Below are positions 1-15,000 of a stretch of 64,000 nucleotides of DNA, piece by piece (position 1 is the stretch's first letter; every line of letters starts with the position of its first letter). The notes below the pieces were generated by a model that was given only the letters and a program-made list of their open reading frames with translations, was not told the origin of the DNA and did not search any database. Origin of the DNA: Nitrospirales bacterium (GTDB lineage Bacteria > Nitrospirota > Nitrospiria > Nitrospirales > UBA8639); NCBI GenBank assembly GCA_965203295.1, contig CBDBCZ010000015.1:768001-832000 (forward strand). Reading direction: 5' to 3'. The position numbers were made by a program, and so were the translations under genes.

Positions 1-3000
1 AGTTGGAAACCTGTACAATGGAAATGTAGCACACTCAGTATATACATGATGTACATGTACATATTACATCTGTACACGCCTATGCAGAAACTGCTGAATC
101 AACAGCTTTACTCTTACTCTTCGTGCAAGGTTGAGTACTGTACTTCACCTGCACCACCTGACTGATTTTTGGAGTGATTAAATGCCACCGATATTTCAGC
201 ATGGCATGTTTTGCACGTGACTACTGTTCAAAAATGGCAACTATTTTGAGGGCCGTATTTATTGTTAGAGTACTGGGTAGTTTGCTTGCAATAGAGCTTT
301 CTTGGCAAGCCCCCAGGTTCTGAGTATAATAGCCTTCTACGGAGGGGTGTTCAGAGATGAGCCCCAAAGTAACTGAGCAATCCTATATAGCTGGAATTTG
401 CACTCTTGTACAGCATGGGCAGGACTTGATGTTGCCACTGTTCTGCCCTCTACTTCCTTCATTCGTGTTTGTCCACTTTGTGAGCAAAATGTTTTCGGTA
501 AAGTGGTCATGCCAAAGCATTGAGATTAGTTACCATTGATGACGGTCTTGGGGTTGATCCTCCCTAATCATTACAAGGATTAGCTTTCAAGGAGTCTTTA
601 CTCTTTCTCTGAGATCAATGACTTTGGCCAACTGGAAGTAGAATATATATGTCTTTGGAGAGACAGCTGTCAAAGCATTGAGACACAATGACCAACTCCG
701 ATGAAATGGTTATTGACTCAGTGCTAGTGGAGTTACCATATTTTAGGAGTTTGTATAAATTTTTGAAGGCATTTGGGGTGTATCAGCTACATGTACGTAT
801 ATGAGCTACGCGTACTTGTTCCTGTCTCTGTGCAGGGTATGAATTAATCAAGATCTGAACTATCTTTTGCACTCACCAACCATAAAGTAGACTATCACTG
901 AGAATGCACACACGGGTATGATTCGCATCGGAATCAAGTCCGAAAAGACTTTGGCCAAAAAAAATGCAGAGACCCGGTAGAATCCATTGGCGTTCTCATG
1001 CCTATACATATGTATGCATATGAGGGGGATATACTACGTATCAGTTAAACCACATACAGCTCCAAGGGCTGTATGGGAAGTGCAATAATTTAATTAGAGC
1101 ACGAGGTAAAACCTGAGGGCTCTAAGCACGAGTGGATTTCCCATACAGCCTGCCTGGAGCAGTGGTTTAACCATGGAACGGCCAGTCAAGCTAAATGAAT
1201 TCTAGCACGTTTTTGATGCTTGTCTTCACCCATAATCTTTTAACCGCTGTTGGTAGTTCCAACAGTGCAATATGGAAGCAGTTACGTAGAAGCAGTGCAA
1301 TATATTGCACTGTCGGTTCGTTGGATACGCCCACGCAACATGCTACAAGTAGCAAATATACCATATCATGGCACTAGGAGCCTAGTACATGTACAGTCTG
1401 CTGAATGAGGCAAATGTACTGGAAATAACATTTTCCTGCTTCAACCGCCAAACCAAATTTGTTTCATACTCTTGCTCTCTGGACTAGGTTTTCCCATCTT
1501 GAGGGGGCACTAGAATTACAGTTTCTCATGCTTACTGTACATACACATTCAAGGGTGCAGAATTACACTCACAAAAACAGTGCTTTCTGCCGTATGAAGA
1601 GGTCAATAGCAGACATATTTGCAAACACTTGGTTCATGACAATGAAGAAGAATGCTCCAATCCTGCAAAAAGTGAGTATAACAGATATCTCACCAACTAA
1701 AGATTACTAAGCAAGCTAGTACACAGTCTCAAAGTGGCTCGGCTTGGTAAAAAATTCTGAAATTATAACAATATGTGGGACTAAATGACTCGTAGCTACG
1801 TAGTGATTACTGCCCTTCATTAAGCAATACACAACACTTAGTAATACATGCAGAAAGAATCTTGGATACTGACGGCTTACAGCAAACTTGTACTTGCAAC
1901 ATTTCAATCACACTTTGGTAATTTTTTTAAGGTATAAAATTTAGGACTGGCATCTTAACTATTTATGCTATAAGCTGTCACTGCCTAACCTTTGTTCTGC
2001 ATGCTCGTCTATTAACATGGCAACATGAGGACATGCACAAACACAAAAACCTGTCATAGAATGCATTTTCCACATTCAGAGCTGTCAGTTCTCGAGAATT
2101 AATGCGCAGGTAGATGATACCCACCAGAATGGCAAATATGATCATCACCAGGATCTGTGCAGGTTGACATAGGACAGCAGTTCAAGTTGGAGATGTGTAT
2201 ATATACATAGCCTCGTACCCTACCCTGAATAAAAGCACAAAGAGCTCCCTTCCCATTACCTGGAAGATGGAGGCTATGGGGTCCCTCCACAAGTTTACCA
2301 CTGACCGCACACTAACAATTAACAGCTGCATAAAAGAAACAGTAAGTTTTGTAGTGATAGTAATAATATACTCATGTTGCTGCCGTAGCACTTACGAAAG
2401 AAAATTATTGCTTGGTACACAACACTACGTATATACACCCAGTAATATTAGGAAGATACCTACTCTAAATACAGCAGTGGCGTACATATTGAACATTACA
2501 GGCTGAGAATAAACAAGTTATCAAATCAAAACACGATGATAGTATGTATATGCACATATATCTGCTTGTTTCACCAAATTGATGGCTTCAAATGCGGTTT
2601 TAGTCTGCATCTCACTACATTCACAAACAGACTTGATGGAATGAGGAATGGAGTTCATTGAGCCATGCTTTAATGTAGTGTCATGGTCAGAAGTGAGAAG
2701 TTAACATTGCTAATGCACGTGATAGTCTGGACTACTGTATAGTGCCAAATTTTCGAGGCACATATTTTTCGTGGAACCGTCTCGAAAAGGGAGGTTTGTG
2801 AAAAATTTCCCTCAGAAACGTTTTGCACATCGGATTTTCCCCACAGTTTTGTATCAGTTGCTTAGAAGTAGTATAGAGAGCTATATATCTTGAAAAGTAC
2901 AGGCTTCAGTCTTGATTTAATTCTTAATTGGGGTCCATTCTAAAAAGCACTACTGTTGGCTTTCATCGTGTTTAACAGGAAGGTGAAACACGTGGCACAT

Positions 3001-6000
3001 GCTTTAGCTGCAGCAAACCGGCAAAAAGAGATTTGTATACAAAAGATCATGCTAGAACAGAAAACTGAGATAGGGAAACAAACAGTTGTAGCTGCAACCA
3101 TGCATGCTATATCCACTACTATAAGAATGGGCACTACAATAAAAGAATCCGTGGCCTGCCAAATTTTTTTACATGACCAATCCGCAAAAGAATTGTCCCC
3201 TTGAAAATATGGAGCTATACACTAATATCACCTCCAGGGGGGCTAATTAGTGATTATGTAAACACTTCTAAGTAAGGCTTATCGACGCAAAAAAGCAATA
3301 TGAGACCACAATACCCAGCTAACTAATAGCTGGTTAAAGCAATCAGCTATGTATTGACATGGCAGCATGTACTCCTGCTGAGACTGCATATAGCTATTAT
3401 AAGCTATATGGCCACAAAGAGTTCCACAAGGCGTGTGAAAATAGTTTGTAACACATACGTAGCCGTAAATTTTATGAATGTGGGCAATAGTATGAGGCTA
3501 ATACATTTTAAGATCTGTACAATGCAGACAGGCTAGATCAACCATTGATAATTACTACCTCCATAACGTAATCGAAGAGAAGTCTTGAAACAAAACGATG
3601 TGGACATACATATTGGCACATGTACCTGCCAGAAGAAATTGGTAGCATAACTGGCTGTCTTTGGATTGGCAGTGAAGCCTCCGGCCATCTCCCTTTCTGT
3701 AAGGTCGTCCATCACAGGTTGCAGTTTTTCATGCAAATGCTTGTAATGCTCGGACTGCTTGTAGCAAGTGACTACATTCACAGTGTGATCGAAATCCTCG
3801 TTGTCTAGGTAAAGAAGGAAAGCGATACTAATTTAGCATTACAGGGCAAGTATGAATGAACCCCACACTAGTGAGTTGAATTCGAGGTGTTTTTTCCCAT
3901 TTATTGTGCCGCATTAATGTTTATTATTCTGTTTAAGCATATTATTCCATTGTTGTACACTCTTGAAACACACGTGTTACACATTGCACATTGACAGATA
4001 CTCAGTTTCAGAAGTAGTGTAGGGCAGAGCGAGAGAGAAGCGGTTTCAAACACAGCGAGAACGAGAGAGAGCCTACTGGGACAGTGGCTTAGCCTCGAAC
4101 TCAGGCTTTCCTACCACTCACAAAAAAAAGTTATAACCCTGCTTTAACTTTTTCTTTTTTTCAAAAGTGTTGGGAAGGCCTGGGTTTGAGGCTACCTCTA
4201 AGTATACGTAGTTTGAATCTTCCCCCAGAGGCTATAAACATCGCCTCATTTACATTCTTCCAACTATATCAAACAAGAGAGCTGCTCAGGGGTAGCGAAA
4301 GTGCATACTGCTTGTGCCAGGACACTTTTGACGAATTTCAAGCAATCAAGAATTTGATCCATAGCTGTATATCAACAAAGTGCATGTACAACTCTTTGGA
4401 CTGAAGGTCAGTACCAGGAGAATGAGTGAGAGTGAGTGAGTATGTGTGTGTAAGTAATCAATTGGGATTTGAGGAGTCTGCTGTCACACAGCTTTCTGCT
4501 TTGAACTCTCAGGAGATTGTGCATTTACCAGTTACACATTTGCCTTTTGTAGTGGACCACTACAACCAGCCTGTACTAAACCAGTATCTGCAAACCTGGG
4601 ATTTCAGCAGCAGACCAGTTTTCGCAGAGTGTAAGGACATCCAGGAAAAAGTCTGCAGGGTTCTCATGCTGTTCACAGTGGAAACCTGTGAGATTATAGT
4701 AAAACACACAGTGCTGTTTATCTACGTCTTGTTAGTTCAATGTATAATTAGCTGGGAATGTTCGTATGTAACTGCAATCCTAAGGCGAAAGAGTAAGAAT
4801 GAGCAGAGGACAGGTAATTAGCAGAGAAACACACTTAGTATAGTAGGAAATAGGTAGTACTACTAAAGCATACAGAGTCATAGCAAAGCTGTGGTAGGCA
4901 CAATCATGCCTATAATTGCACTCTAACATCTTTCCATGTGAGTACATTCCTCACAGGTCCTGCACGTTGTGACAATAATAAAAGTGGCATGTAATTCGTG
5001 CAAGAGCTTACTTTACGTATACGATGATCAAAAAACTATGTAGAATGTGTATGAGTTTCTAACAGCACAGCCTATCTTTCAAGTCTCCACTAGTACGTAG
5101 ATTCTCAGTGAATCATTGAGTACAATGTGCAGAACATTTACGTACCATCCCGAAAATTTCATCCTGAACACTAATCATTTTTTAAGATGTCGTTTATGCA
5201 CGTTTATGCACAACCATGCAGGACCTGTGAGGAATGTACTCCCTGGGGAAATTGTTAGAGTGTAATTATAGGCATGATTGTGCATACCACACCTTTGAAG
5301 AAGCTACGTATATAGGCAGCTATTGACCATTCCTGTAAGACAACTCTGTATCAATCAGTGCAGCACACTGCTGTAGTTACCATAAATGAATCAATTGGAC
5401 AACAGGAATGGTATTATGGTTGTATGTGTGGGTGTTAGCCCCAGCTAATAGCTGTACTATGCATTCATTGATTTAGTCTTAAACTGTGAAACACTTGATA
5501 ATATGCCAATTAATTAATTAACACATCATGCACTGTCTTTAATTACCAATCCTGTCAAAGTGTCTCAGAGCATCTTGGGCAGGGCCATGGTAGGCCACTT
5601 CACCCAGTGATAAGAGAGTGAGGCTGTCAAAGAGCTTGAAGATGGAATACCGGGGTTGGTGGATAGACAAGATGATGATACAATTTTCTGATGTGCTCAG
5701 TCTATAGGACATTAGAAATTAAGGCATGTGTGAAGATGTGCCTTCAAATGAAAGAATAATTATACAGCACAGCAGCTATAATTTTAACCTACAAACTTTA
5801 GTTTAGAACTATCTCCATGCATTCTTTCATAGCCACCAAAAAAATTAGCAATGCAGGCCTGGGTATTGGGCTAGCAAACATGTTCTCTATTGTAATTCCA
5901 AGTAAGTTATGCACATTTTGTCAGCCAGTAATTTTTTCCTGAAACAAATAATCACTAGACTTAGTACTGTAGATCGTATGTAGTTATCTATCATGTCTGC

Positions 6001-9000
6001 CAATGCAATATTTTGAAAAGTGGACAGAATTATGCAGGAATAGGGTGCTACTCACTCCTTGAGTAGCTTGACAACAGAAACAGCAGTGTTGGCATCCAGG
6101 CCACTGGTAGGCTCATCCAGAAATAGTATCTGAGGCTCAATGATCAGCTCCATGCCAATGCTGGTGCGCCTCCTCTCACCACCGGAAACACCACGAATAA
6201 ACTCTGTGCCCAACTGAGGATGAAATAGTAGTTACATTTTATGCTACTTCCATTCTATTGGTAGGAAAATACAGAAATTTCATGTGGCTTAACTGCATTT
6301 GAAGAAGATATAGGCAGTGAGTCAATTAAGACAGAATTTGCACAGTATAATCTTCCAAGCATAGACTTACCTCGCAGAAAGTTCTAAGTTTTGTTTATAA
6401 TTGTGTGAGACATTCGTTAAACTGCTAGTTGTGGCATCGTGTGGGGTATTTCAAAGGCACTGCCAGTGCTATGACAAGTTATATACTGTATAGTGGGAAA
6501 ATTTAGCGAGCATTAATTTATCAAAATGGCAAAAAACGACTGCAAATTGATATTGGTTAATTTTAAATTTGGCAATTTGGTACACAAAAGTTAAGATGTA
6601 ATCCTTGTGCTTAAATTCGGCAATGTGCACTGGCATAATATTATGACACCTAGTAATTCCAATTTGGCACATAGTCGTTCATCGTCTTTCCTCTGCTCTG
6701 CCCTATCTTGTCCATCACCGATTGTATCGCATGTGTTAAAGATTCCAGCCAGCTTGCATACACCATTACTGGCTACAACGTACTTCTTGGGTGTAAGCAT
6801 CTGAAGACTGTTGACCCTCAATACGTCATTTGTGCTGATGTCGTCAGGCAGATTCGTTTGAAGGCTGGCAGCAGAGATTCCGAACTTAATGACTTAGTCA
6901 CTATTATTTCAACTTATTAACTCTAATACATAATAGTTAGACGGCGAGTGCAAGGGATCTATGGGATTTAGAAGCCACGAGTGACCCGAGGCTGTAGCGT
7001 CCGAGTGAAGCGAGGACGCTACTAAGGGCCCCGAGGGCTTCTAAATCCCATAGATCCCGCGCATTCGCCATCTAAGTTATTTACAATACAGCTTCAGGCG
7101 CGTTACCATAGACGCATATTCATGACAACACTTACTACAGGCACTTATAATCCACACTAACTCCAGGCACTTATAATCCACAGTAGCATGGGTAATAAGT
7201 GATTTATGACCCACGCTCTTAACCAATCGCATTGCAGGACTACAGTTAGCTGAATTCTAATTCTAGTTATAATGTACTATAATACCGGTATTGCATCTTC
7301 GTTGGTGTGTTGTACATATTATATTATATCATTATAGCACATGCTGGCATTGCCTATGAAACACTCACACAAAATGCCACAAGTACACATAATGTACCAC
7401 TTACAAAATGAATGCCACTGTTAGACTGCGATGTAATGGGTAGTGATTACTACCAGTATTTGTTGTTACTTGTAAACTATAGCTATATCCAATTTCTCTG
7501 TATATACCTTGGTCCTTGCACAGTCACTTAGGCCCAGCTGCTCGATCACCTTCTCTACTCTCTTCTTCCTCTGGTCCCAGGTTGTGTGGGAGGGCAACCG
7601 AAGGGCAGCAGAGAAGTGTAGGTTCTCACGCACTGTCAGTGTACCCATTACAATATCATCCTGATCCATATGTAAAACAGAAAGAAGACTCGTGCTATTA
7701 ACCTAGGACACTAACATACATATAAATATATTGTACCTGAACTAAACTTTGGCCAGCATATGCATGCACCAATGAGAAAACAGGAAAGAATGTTGTACTA
7801 GCAGCTGCCAAAAAAAACTGTATTTGATGCACATGTAGTGTCAAGCCAAATGTACAATCACAAAGATTTGCACCAGCGTGTGTGGATGTTAGCTCTACAC
7901 AGCCAACAATGGGAATGCAATGATCCTTGGTACAATGTAAGCACTAACTTTCAACTAATGGCAGTCCAGGCTAGAAGGCTACAGCTCCTTTCGTTCAAGC
8001 ATCACGAAATTCACTGTTTTCGCTGTTTTCGCGTGGTGTACATGTAAACTCTGCCCTGTATCTCCCATGCTGTAACACAAATACACTTGACTTCTGATGC
8101 ATTGCTGCAGTGGTACCCCATCTAAAGTCCATGTGCAGTTCATTCAGTTTATGCATAGATACGTAGTAGAGTGCACTCTACTATCTATGGTTTATGCATA
8201 ACGTTGGTGAGTTATTATATAAACGTCACCTCTGATGAGTATATGTAGGAATGATGACAGTTCTACGTAAATTAATGACATCGTGAAGGTGGGTAATAAA
8301 CACATTATTGCACTCATGAAAGTGAAATATGGCTGGATACTGCACTCGACTCGTAGGCAGCATTTTCACTCGCCTTTGGCTTGTGAAAGTACATCTGCCA
8401 ACTCGTGCAATCAGCCATATTTCACTTTCACTCATGCAATAAAATATACGTATAATAATCCTAAAGATAGCTGGTAATGTCTTATGGAAGCATGCACATG
8501 TTAATATAATAGCCGGGTATAGTGGATCCATATTTAATTTACCATACTTGGTCTTAGTACATTTTGAATGGATGTAGCCATGTTAAGTACATATCTAGAA
8601 GTTGTATATGCTATGTAGCTGTCATTTAGTGTTTATTTCTGTGTTAGTACTGTGTTAGAACTGTGTGCTGTTTTACTATATACCCTCTATCCTAATAGCA
8701 AGATACGTAAATGCTTTCTACAAACTCGTGATATTTTCCAGTACAAGGTACGTATATAATATCTATTTATTTACAGATATTGCTGGTTTGTGGAATGTTT
8801 TTGAATACTGCATGATGAAATGCTGTAGCAAAACAATGAATTCCCAGATTCCTAATAACCAAGATAGGTAAATATTGCTGTTAATGTCAATAGAACTGGG
8901 TGAATGTAAGACATTGTGATAAATGCCTATTAACTACCGGAAATGGGCAGTGCCTTTGATCGATAGTAGAGACCCTTCACTTTCAGTTCCATGTTTTCTC

Positions 9001-12000
9001 CCTGATGCAACTTTTGGTGATCTTTCTTTATTGGGAACCGAAGCCTTATTACCATGTTGCACCAACCTTTCACCATTGTAGCCACCAAGGGGTGCCGCTG
9101 AATGTAGAGCCGGGTCACCCTCTCTGTAATTGGACTGTGAATTTTGTCTTTTTTTCCGTGTACAAAACACTCTCCAATGCTAGGATTCGGATATTGTTGG
9201 GAATGTACAGACATTTAGCAACACAACAGTGCAAGTCTGATGTTTATATGTCAGTGTCCTTCCTGAGATAGAGCTGTTTTGCCTGATCTTACCGACTAAA
9301 AGCTTCAGTATTATAATTACCCCGTGGCGCATAGGTGGCAGCGAGGTTAAGCGATTGGTTTTGTTCGTCTGTCGTCCGGCGTCTGTCCAGTGAAAGATTT
9401 TGCAATGTCTACATTTGCCTCAGACTCTATATAGCCGTATGGACTGTTGGGTTGTTTAAACTTATCACAGTAACTGTGTTCTATCTATATAGGCTGTTAC
9501 CTGTCTCTGTATGTGTGTTGTATGGCAGTTCATCATTTTGTTGTATAATTAATTCAAACTAGATGTAATTCTGTATATAATCACATTCTCAGTCCTCACT
9601 CCTGTGTAGCATAATTTATTAGCTATCTACCCATCTCAGTCATACTACATAGCTACAATGATGGGAATCAACTGTGTGAAATGTAATACTGGCTCTCATG
9701 CTGTGGATTTCACTATACAGTGTAGTAGATGCACTGCCAGACATGCCTGATGGAATTAATTTAAGCGCTTGATTCCTATCTCATCAACTATAAATTACAT
9801 GAGTAATATTACTCAAAAGTGAGGAGTACATGAAATGTTGGCGTATCCAGTACCAGTATCTGGCATCTATCTGCACAGCATCTCAATGATACAAAACACA
9901 TACTGCAAGGTATGTGTTCTCTGAGCACTTCTAGTCTTCGAAGAAATTAAGACGAACAACTCTATTTCTCTCTGTCTCGAGAACTATGTGATGTATAAAC
10001 ATCGAGCTTGCACCGTTGTGCTGCTAGGTACATGTACATTCCAATAATATTCGAATCCTAGAGTTGGAGAGTGTTTTGGGGTCTCCACACAGAAAAAAAG
10101 AAGAAATTCACTGATTATAGAGAGCTCTACGTAGCACCCCTCAGTGCTCAAGCAGCTATGATGGCGAAAGGTTGGCATGCAGTAGCATCGTAGTGGGGCT
10201 TCCCAATAATGAAGATCTGAAAGTTGCTTCAGGGAGGAAACACAGAATGGTGTCTGACAATACGTACATTTGCCCGATCATAGCTGTGTCTGAATTTAAC
10301 TTTGAAAGGCTGTAGCTCCAAAACTAAACATTTGTCCGATCATAGTAGCTGTTTCCAAATTAGGCTATAGCTCCAGAACTAAGCAACGAAGGAACACCAA
10401 ACTTTTAACTCAAAGTGCGAAAGATCTGCAGCATTGATTGAAGCCCCACCCACTTCCGGTAATAATATGCTCGCCAGTAAGGTCTAAAAAATATCTGGTA
10501 TCCATTCATCGGTTACTTACTCTATGTGGACTGCATTAATGTACGCACAGGCAAAAATTTCAGTTGAACACACTAGTGCAGGCTCATGCTCGCCCAATGA
10601 GCAGCATTTGCAGTACGTTTGATTACTTTTCTGCTAATGCAGTTTTTGATACAAAATATCAATTACATATAGATATGCATGCATGCTCTCACCTGAACCA
10701 CATAACCTGAAACACACTTGAAATTCTTTGGTTGGCGATCGCCATTGATCAATATAGTTCCTGTCAGACCAGATTTGTCCTTGCGATCTGCCAGAATGTC
10801 AAGCAGACTAAAGGATGTATGTACATGTATGCGTGTGTACAATTATATGTTGATTATACAAACTCGTGTAGGAATAGACTCTACAGGAGATTGCCAATGG
10901 ACAAGGTTGACACACATGACATAAGAGTATATTTTGCCTTCCATGTGGGGTAACTACCCTTGCACATATGTGGTGAGGATAAGCAAATGGCTCTATCTGT
11001 CTGTCTGTCTGTTGTCTGTCCAATCAAAAATGGGGTTATGCCATGATTTACAGGGTTATTAATAAGCAATTGCTAAACCAGACAGTAACCTTGAAATCTA
11101 CCTGAGCGTACCTGAGCGACCAAAGCGGTTTCTATTCTCCACATTTCCAGCTCTTTCTTATTGAAGGCTCACCATTTTAAATACGTACGGTCAAGAATTT
11201 AAATACAACAGAGGGTGGGCCTGTAGGCAGTCTCAGAACACGTGCTCATACTGGAGTATAAGTAGAGAAGCATTCGTGTCAAGAATACAGCAATCAATAA
11301 CGCCCACAGCTTGAATACAGCGATAATATAATTATGAGGACCCGGTATACAAGTCTTTCACACTTTACAGAGCCAGCTGCTCCACCAAGACAGGCAAGTC
11401 TACAGTCCAGTCTCCAGAGTCCAGGGTCTCATTTGTAAAAATGTAGCACGGGGTATGTCTCTGCTAAAGACTTTAAGGATTAGCGTAAGTATGTGTAAGT
11501 TACAAGTAACAAACACTGTTTCACACTCAGGATAACCTGTAGTGCTCTCTAAGTTTACTTTTCAGCGTGCTGAACTTCCCTGTGGCTTATGTAAGCTACA
11601 GTTAGGTAGTGCTAGTCCAATAGGTGGCTCAATTCTGAAGTTCCAACCTCAATCAGTAACTTCTTTGTTTCTGAATTTTTTCTTTTTGATATATGTGCGT
11701 ATGTTAGTACAGAGACACAAATCACTACTCATGTTGTTACTTACGCATATGTACGTGCAGCAGACAAAATTTAATGTGTCTAACAGTATACGTGGCATGT
11801 GTACAAAGTACTAATATACTCATGTTGCTGTCTTAGCACTTATGCCATTGGCCATGCACCCACATTTGCAAGCGGAGCTTGTAAGATCTTTAGTCAAGGA
11901 CAAGAGCAAGAGTAACCAGATGTTTCACCATCCTGATCATTCTTCCTAATATCCCAGATTAGTAATACAAAACTCTTAACTAGTTTTAAATAGAACTGTA

Positions 12001-15000
12001 AAAACATGTCTGTCCCATTTCTCACACCCTAAAATAAAGCCTTTATGTTTTACTAAAATTATTGAGTGTACTAAACTCTTCAAAACATCCCGCAACGTAT
12101 CGTCTAATTCTCCCATGAAAGTACATTTTATGTTGTCATACACAGGACACTCCCAGAACACATGTATGTACTACACTCTCACACTCATCCCCATATATAA
12201 CTTACGCTGCCTATCATCATTTCTATTTCTATGTCTTTCTAACTTTTCATTCAGACCAACCTTTAATTAAACATCAAGCATGTTACTAGCTCCCCAACCC
12301 CCTGCAAACAATTCTATTTCCTTACAGAAGATCAACTTATTGTACAGACTCAGTTTAACAAGCCATCATTGAAGTTTTTATGTATATATTCTCTTTTCCT
12401 ATCTAGATTTAACTGCAGCAACAATTCACCAATGACTTAATTTCCTCCAGGTCTTCCTCTGCCTACCTCTACACAGTTTCACTTCCCACTCTCAGTCCAG
12501 TGTCTAGTAGTACCTATAACTATATCAAATGGTTTGGATATAGCATGGGTAAAAAATGGGTATACCGTATAATTTTTAATTATTCGTCCAAATTATCCTT
12601 TTGGGCTGACTAATTCATTGACAGTCAACATGGCACTTCTATTCCACATCCACGAGCTCTCAATGCTTTCTTCCACTTCCGCTACCTCGCTGACTTCAGC
12701 AGTGTCATACTTCAGCATTGACAGCACAAATGGCACACACACAGCCACCAATGATATATAGCCACAACAGGCAATAAGCTTACGCACACATGTTAGTCAT
12801 ATGACAGGTAGGAGCACTCCTGCTACTACTACTACTCAGCTGATAGTGCACAGCTGATAGTGCACAGCAATAATAACTTTCACAAGAAACAGCACATGCA
12901 CAGGTACCCTCTTTGTCCTTGACAGGCCTTTCTATATCAGCTGTCACACTCCAGGGCAGTCCTGCTGACATAATTAGAAGTAATACTACCTGAAACTGAG
13001 CATGCAGCTGGCCCATACAAAAAAAATAATCATTCAGAATGGGCCTATCAATTTGTTGGAGGAAATAAATTCCCCGGAAAACTAGGGTGCGGCAAATAAT
13101 TAGAGGGGTAAATATAATTAGAAGTCATATGCTACTAAACTTTGCTCACTTCCTAGCATTCATAGTACATGTTGCATATGTGGATAAATAAAGCCGCCAC
13201 ATCCTGGCACTTCCAACTGTTAAACTACAGCATAGATGAATGAAAGTTCTATTATCTATGACCACAGCACTTCAAACGCCCATAAGTAAACATAGTTCGG
13301 GTGCTCTAACATACAGAAGGGCATCTGGTATCCACTGCTCACATAGGTACGAGAATATACAGGAAAATGTCAGTAAGTTATCCATGAATGTTATAAGCTA
13401 CTTGGCAAAGAGTAGTACGGAGGCAGCTATGTAGTATACGTGCATAGTAAGCAGACTAAAAAGGCTTTGTAAGCAGTCTACATGTAAAGAACATGTAATC
13501 CTCTATCTGCTAGGCTATCTCATCTCAGAAGCTTTTCTCCAGGTAATAGCTGTGGGCTGCTTTCTGTGGCTGACTTTTAATCAAATATCTTACCAACTAG
13601 GCTGCTCACTGGGATCGAAGATTCGAATTACCGATCACTTCCTATGACAGAACGTAACACAAACTAGTACACAGTAGTAATTTAAAAGTGGGCTAGATCT
13701 ATTATGATCGATACATACAACTATAGTGTAATTTGCAACATATCAATAGTAACTACAATGTGTCAATAGTATGCCTGTAATAAAGGACTCACGTCGTCTT
13801 TCCACTGCCAGTGGGACCCATAATAGCATTTACTCCAGGAAGCAGCAGTCCACTGGAACATAGAGAATTGTGTAATCACATTCACCATAGTCTGCCAGGC
13901 ATAAAATAGCCAACATACCCTTACGTAATCAGCAGAAGCAATAATGAGGTGGACAATTGGCAGGTATTATTATGATCACTTTCCACATTTATTTTGTTTG
14001 TTCACATCTGCACTTATCATACATCATTGCACTACTGGACAACACATACATGTACGTATATATATATAATACATAGGAGGAGGAAGCTATTTGGGACTGG
14101 GGATGCAAAGCACAGTAAAATGTGGGCTGGTAACTGCAAGCTACCCACACTAACTAATTTAGTGCGCAGTGCCTATAGGTTTCTGTGCATTTATAGCTTT
14201 GGACAAAGCTACTTGGCTCTGCAGTGTCATCTGTGAGTGTAGCATCACAAAGACGAGTCATATTCATTAACGAAAAGGCTTGCATGCTACTGTTTGCTGA
14301 TTATGGGGAGTATGCCGTGGCAACTGCTTCCCCTGCCTCTACTTCTGCCACCTATGCCACAGCTAATGAGAGAAATTATAGGACATTGGGCCTTTACTGT
14401 CACTTTTGATGGTGTCATCCCAGTCTTAGAAGATCGAACTGGAGTCGTAGTATTTAGCCCATAGATAATAGAGTTCTAGATAGAAAAGTTATACTGCCTA
14501 GCCGGACTAACATCTGAGGAATTACTATCATTTTATATTAACTGCACTTTTGTTGAAAATGCTGTACTTTTGTTGAAACTGATTCTCTCATTGTTAGGAT
14601 GTTAATGTCATATTTCATATGGCACTTTACACAGTTAATATGTTAGCTAACTAACTTTTAATCTCTTACGTAGCCCAACTCATTTTCATGTACAGTGAGG
14701 AATGTACATATTTACCATTGACTGTTTAATTCTGGCATTTCTGTCTGGGGGGGTCTCCAGCTTTGAGATGGTTGGTGTGATTAACATCCTAATATTGTAT
14801 TCCATAAAGTGTTTAGACAACCATTTTTCTGCTAGATAATATAACTCCTTACAGACTCATAAGAATGCATGGATGAAGTCAACATTAACACTTCCGTAAG
14901 GGCATGGTACTTACACAACTGTTTCACTGTTCACCCGTTTTTCTGCTCACTACATGATCTTTATGCTTGGGAGTGCAGTTCGCTCAGTTGCTAACCGTAC

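Larger units (their letters stand above)
1..9710 (+). repeat. Segmental duplicate copy 1 (matches 55049-64000)
   Basis: Colinear, mostly >90% identical by eye across exons and introns, offset ~55.0 kb. Confidence 0.95.

Noticed and set aside
4186..4821. Plus-strand ORFs conserved at 59320-60090 as an antisense gene
   Set aside because: Conservation is explained by the recent duplication; they overlap an ABCG exon antisense and the copy A ORFs have non-ATG starts
8930..9271. Overlapping ORFs in the copy-A-specific segment
   Set aside because: No recognisable protein motif; absent from the duplicate; probably a repeat remnant
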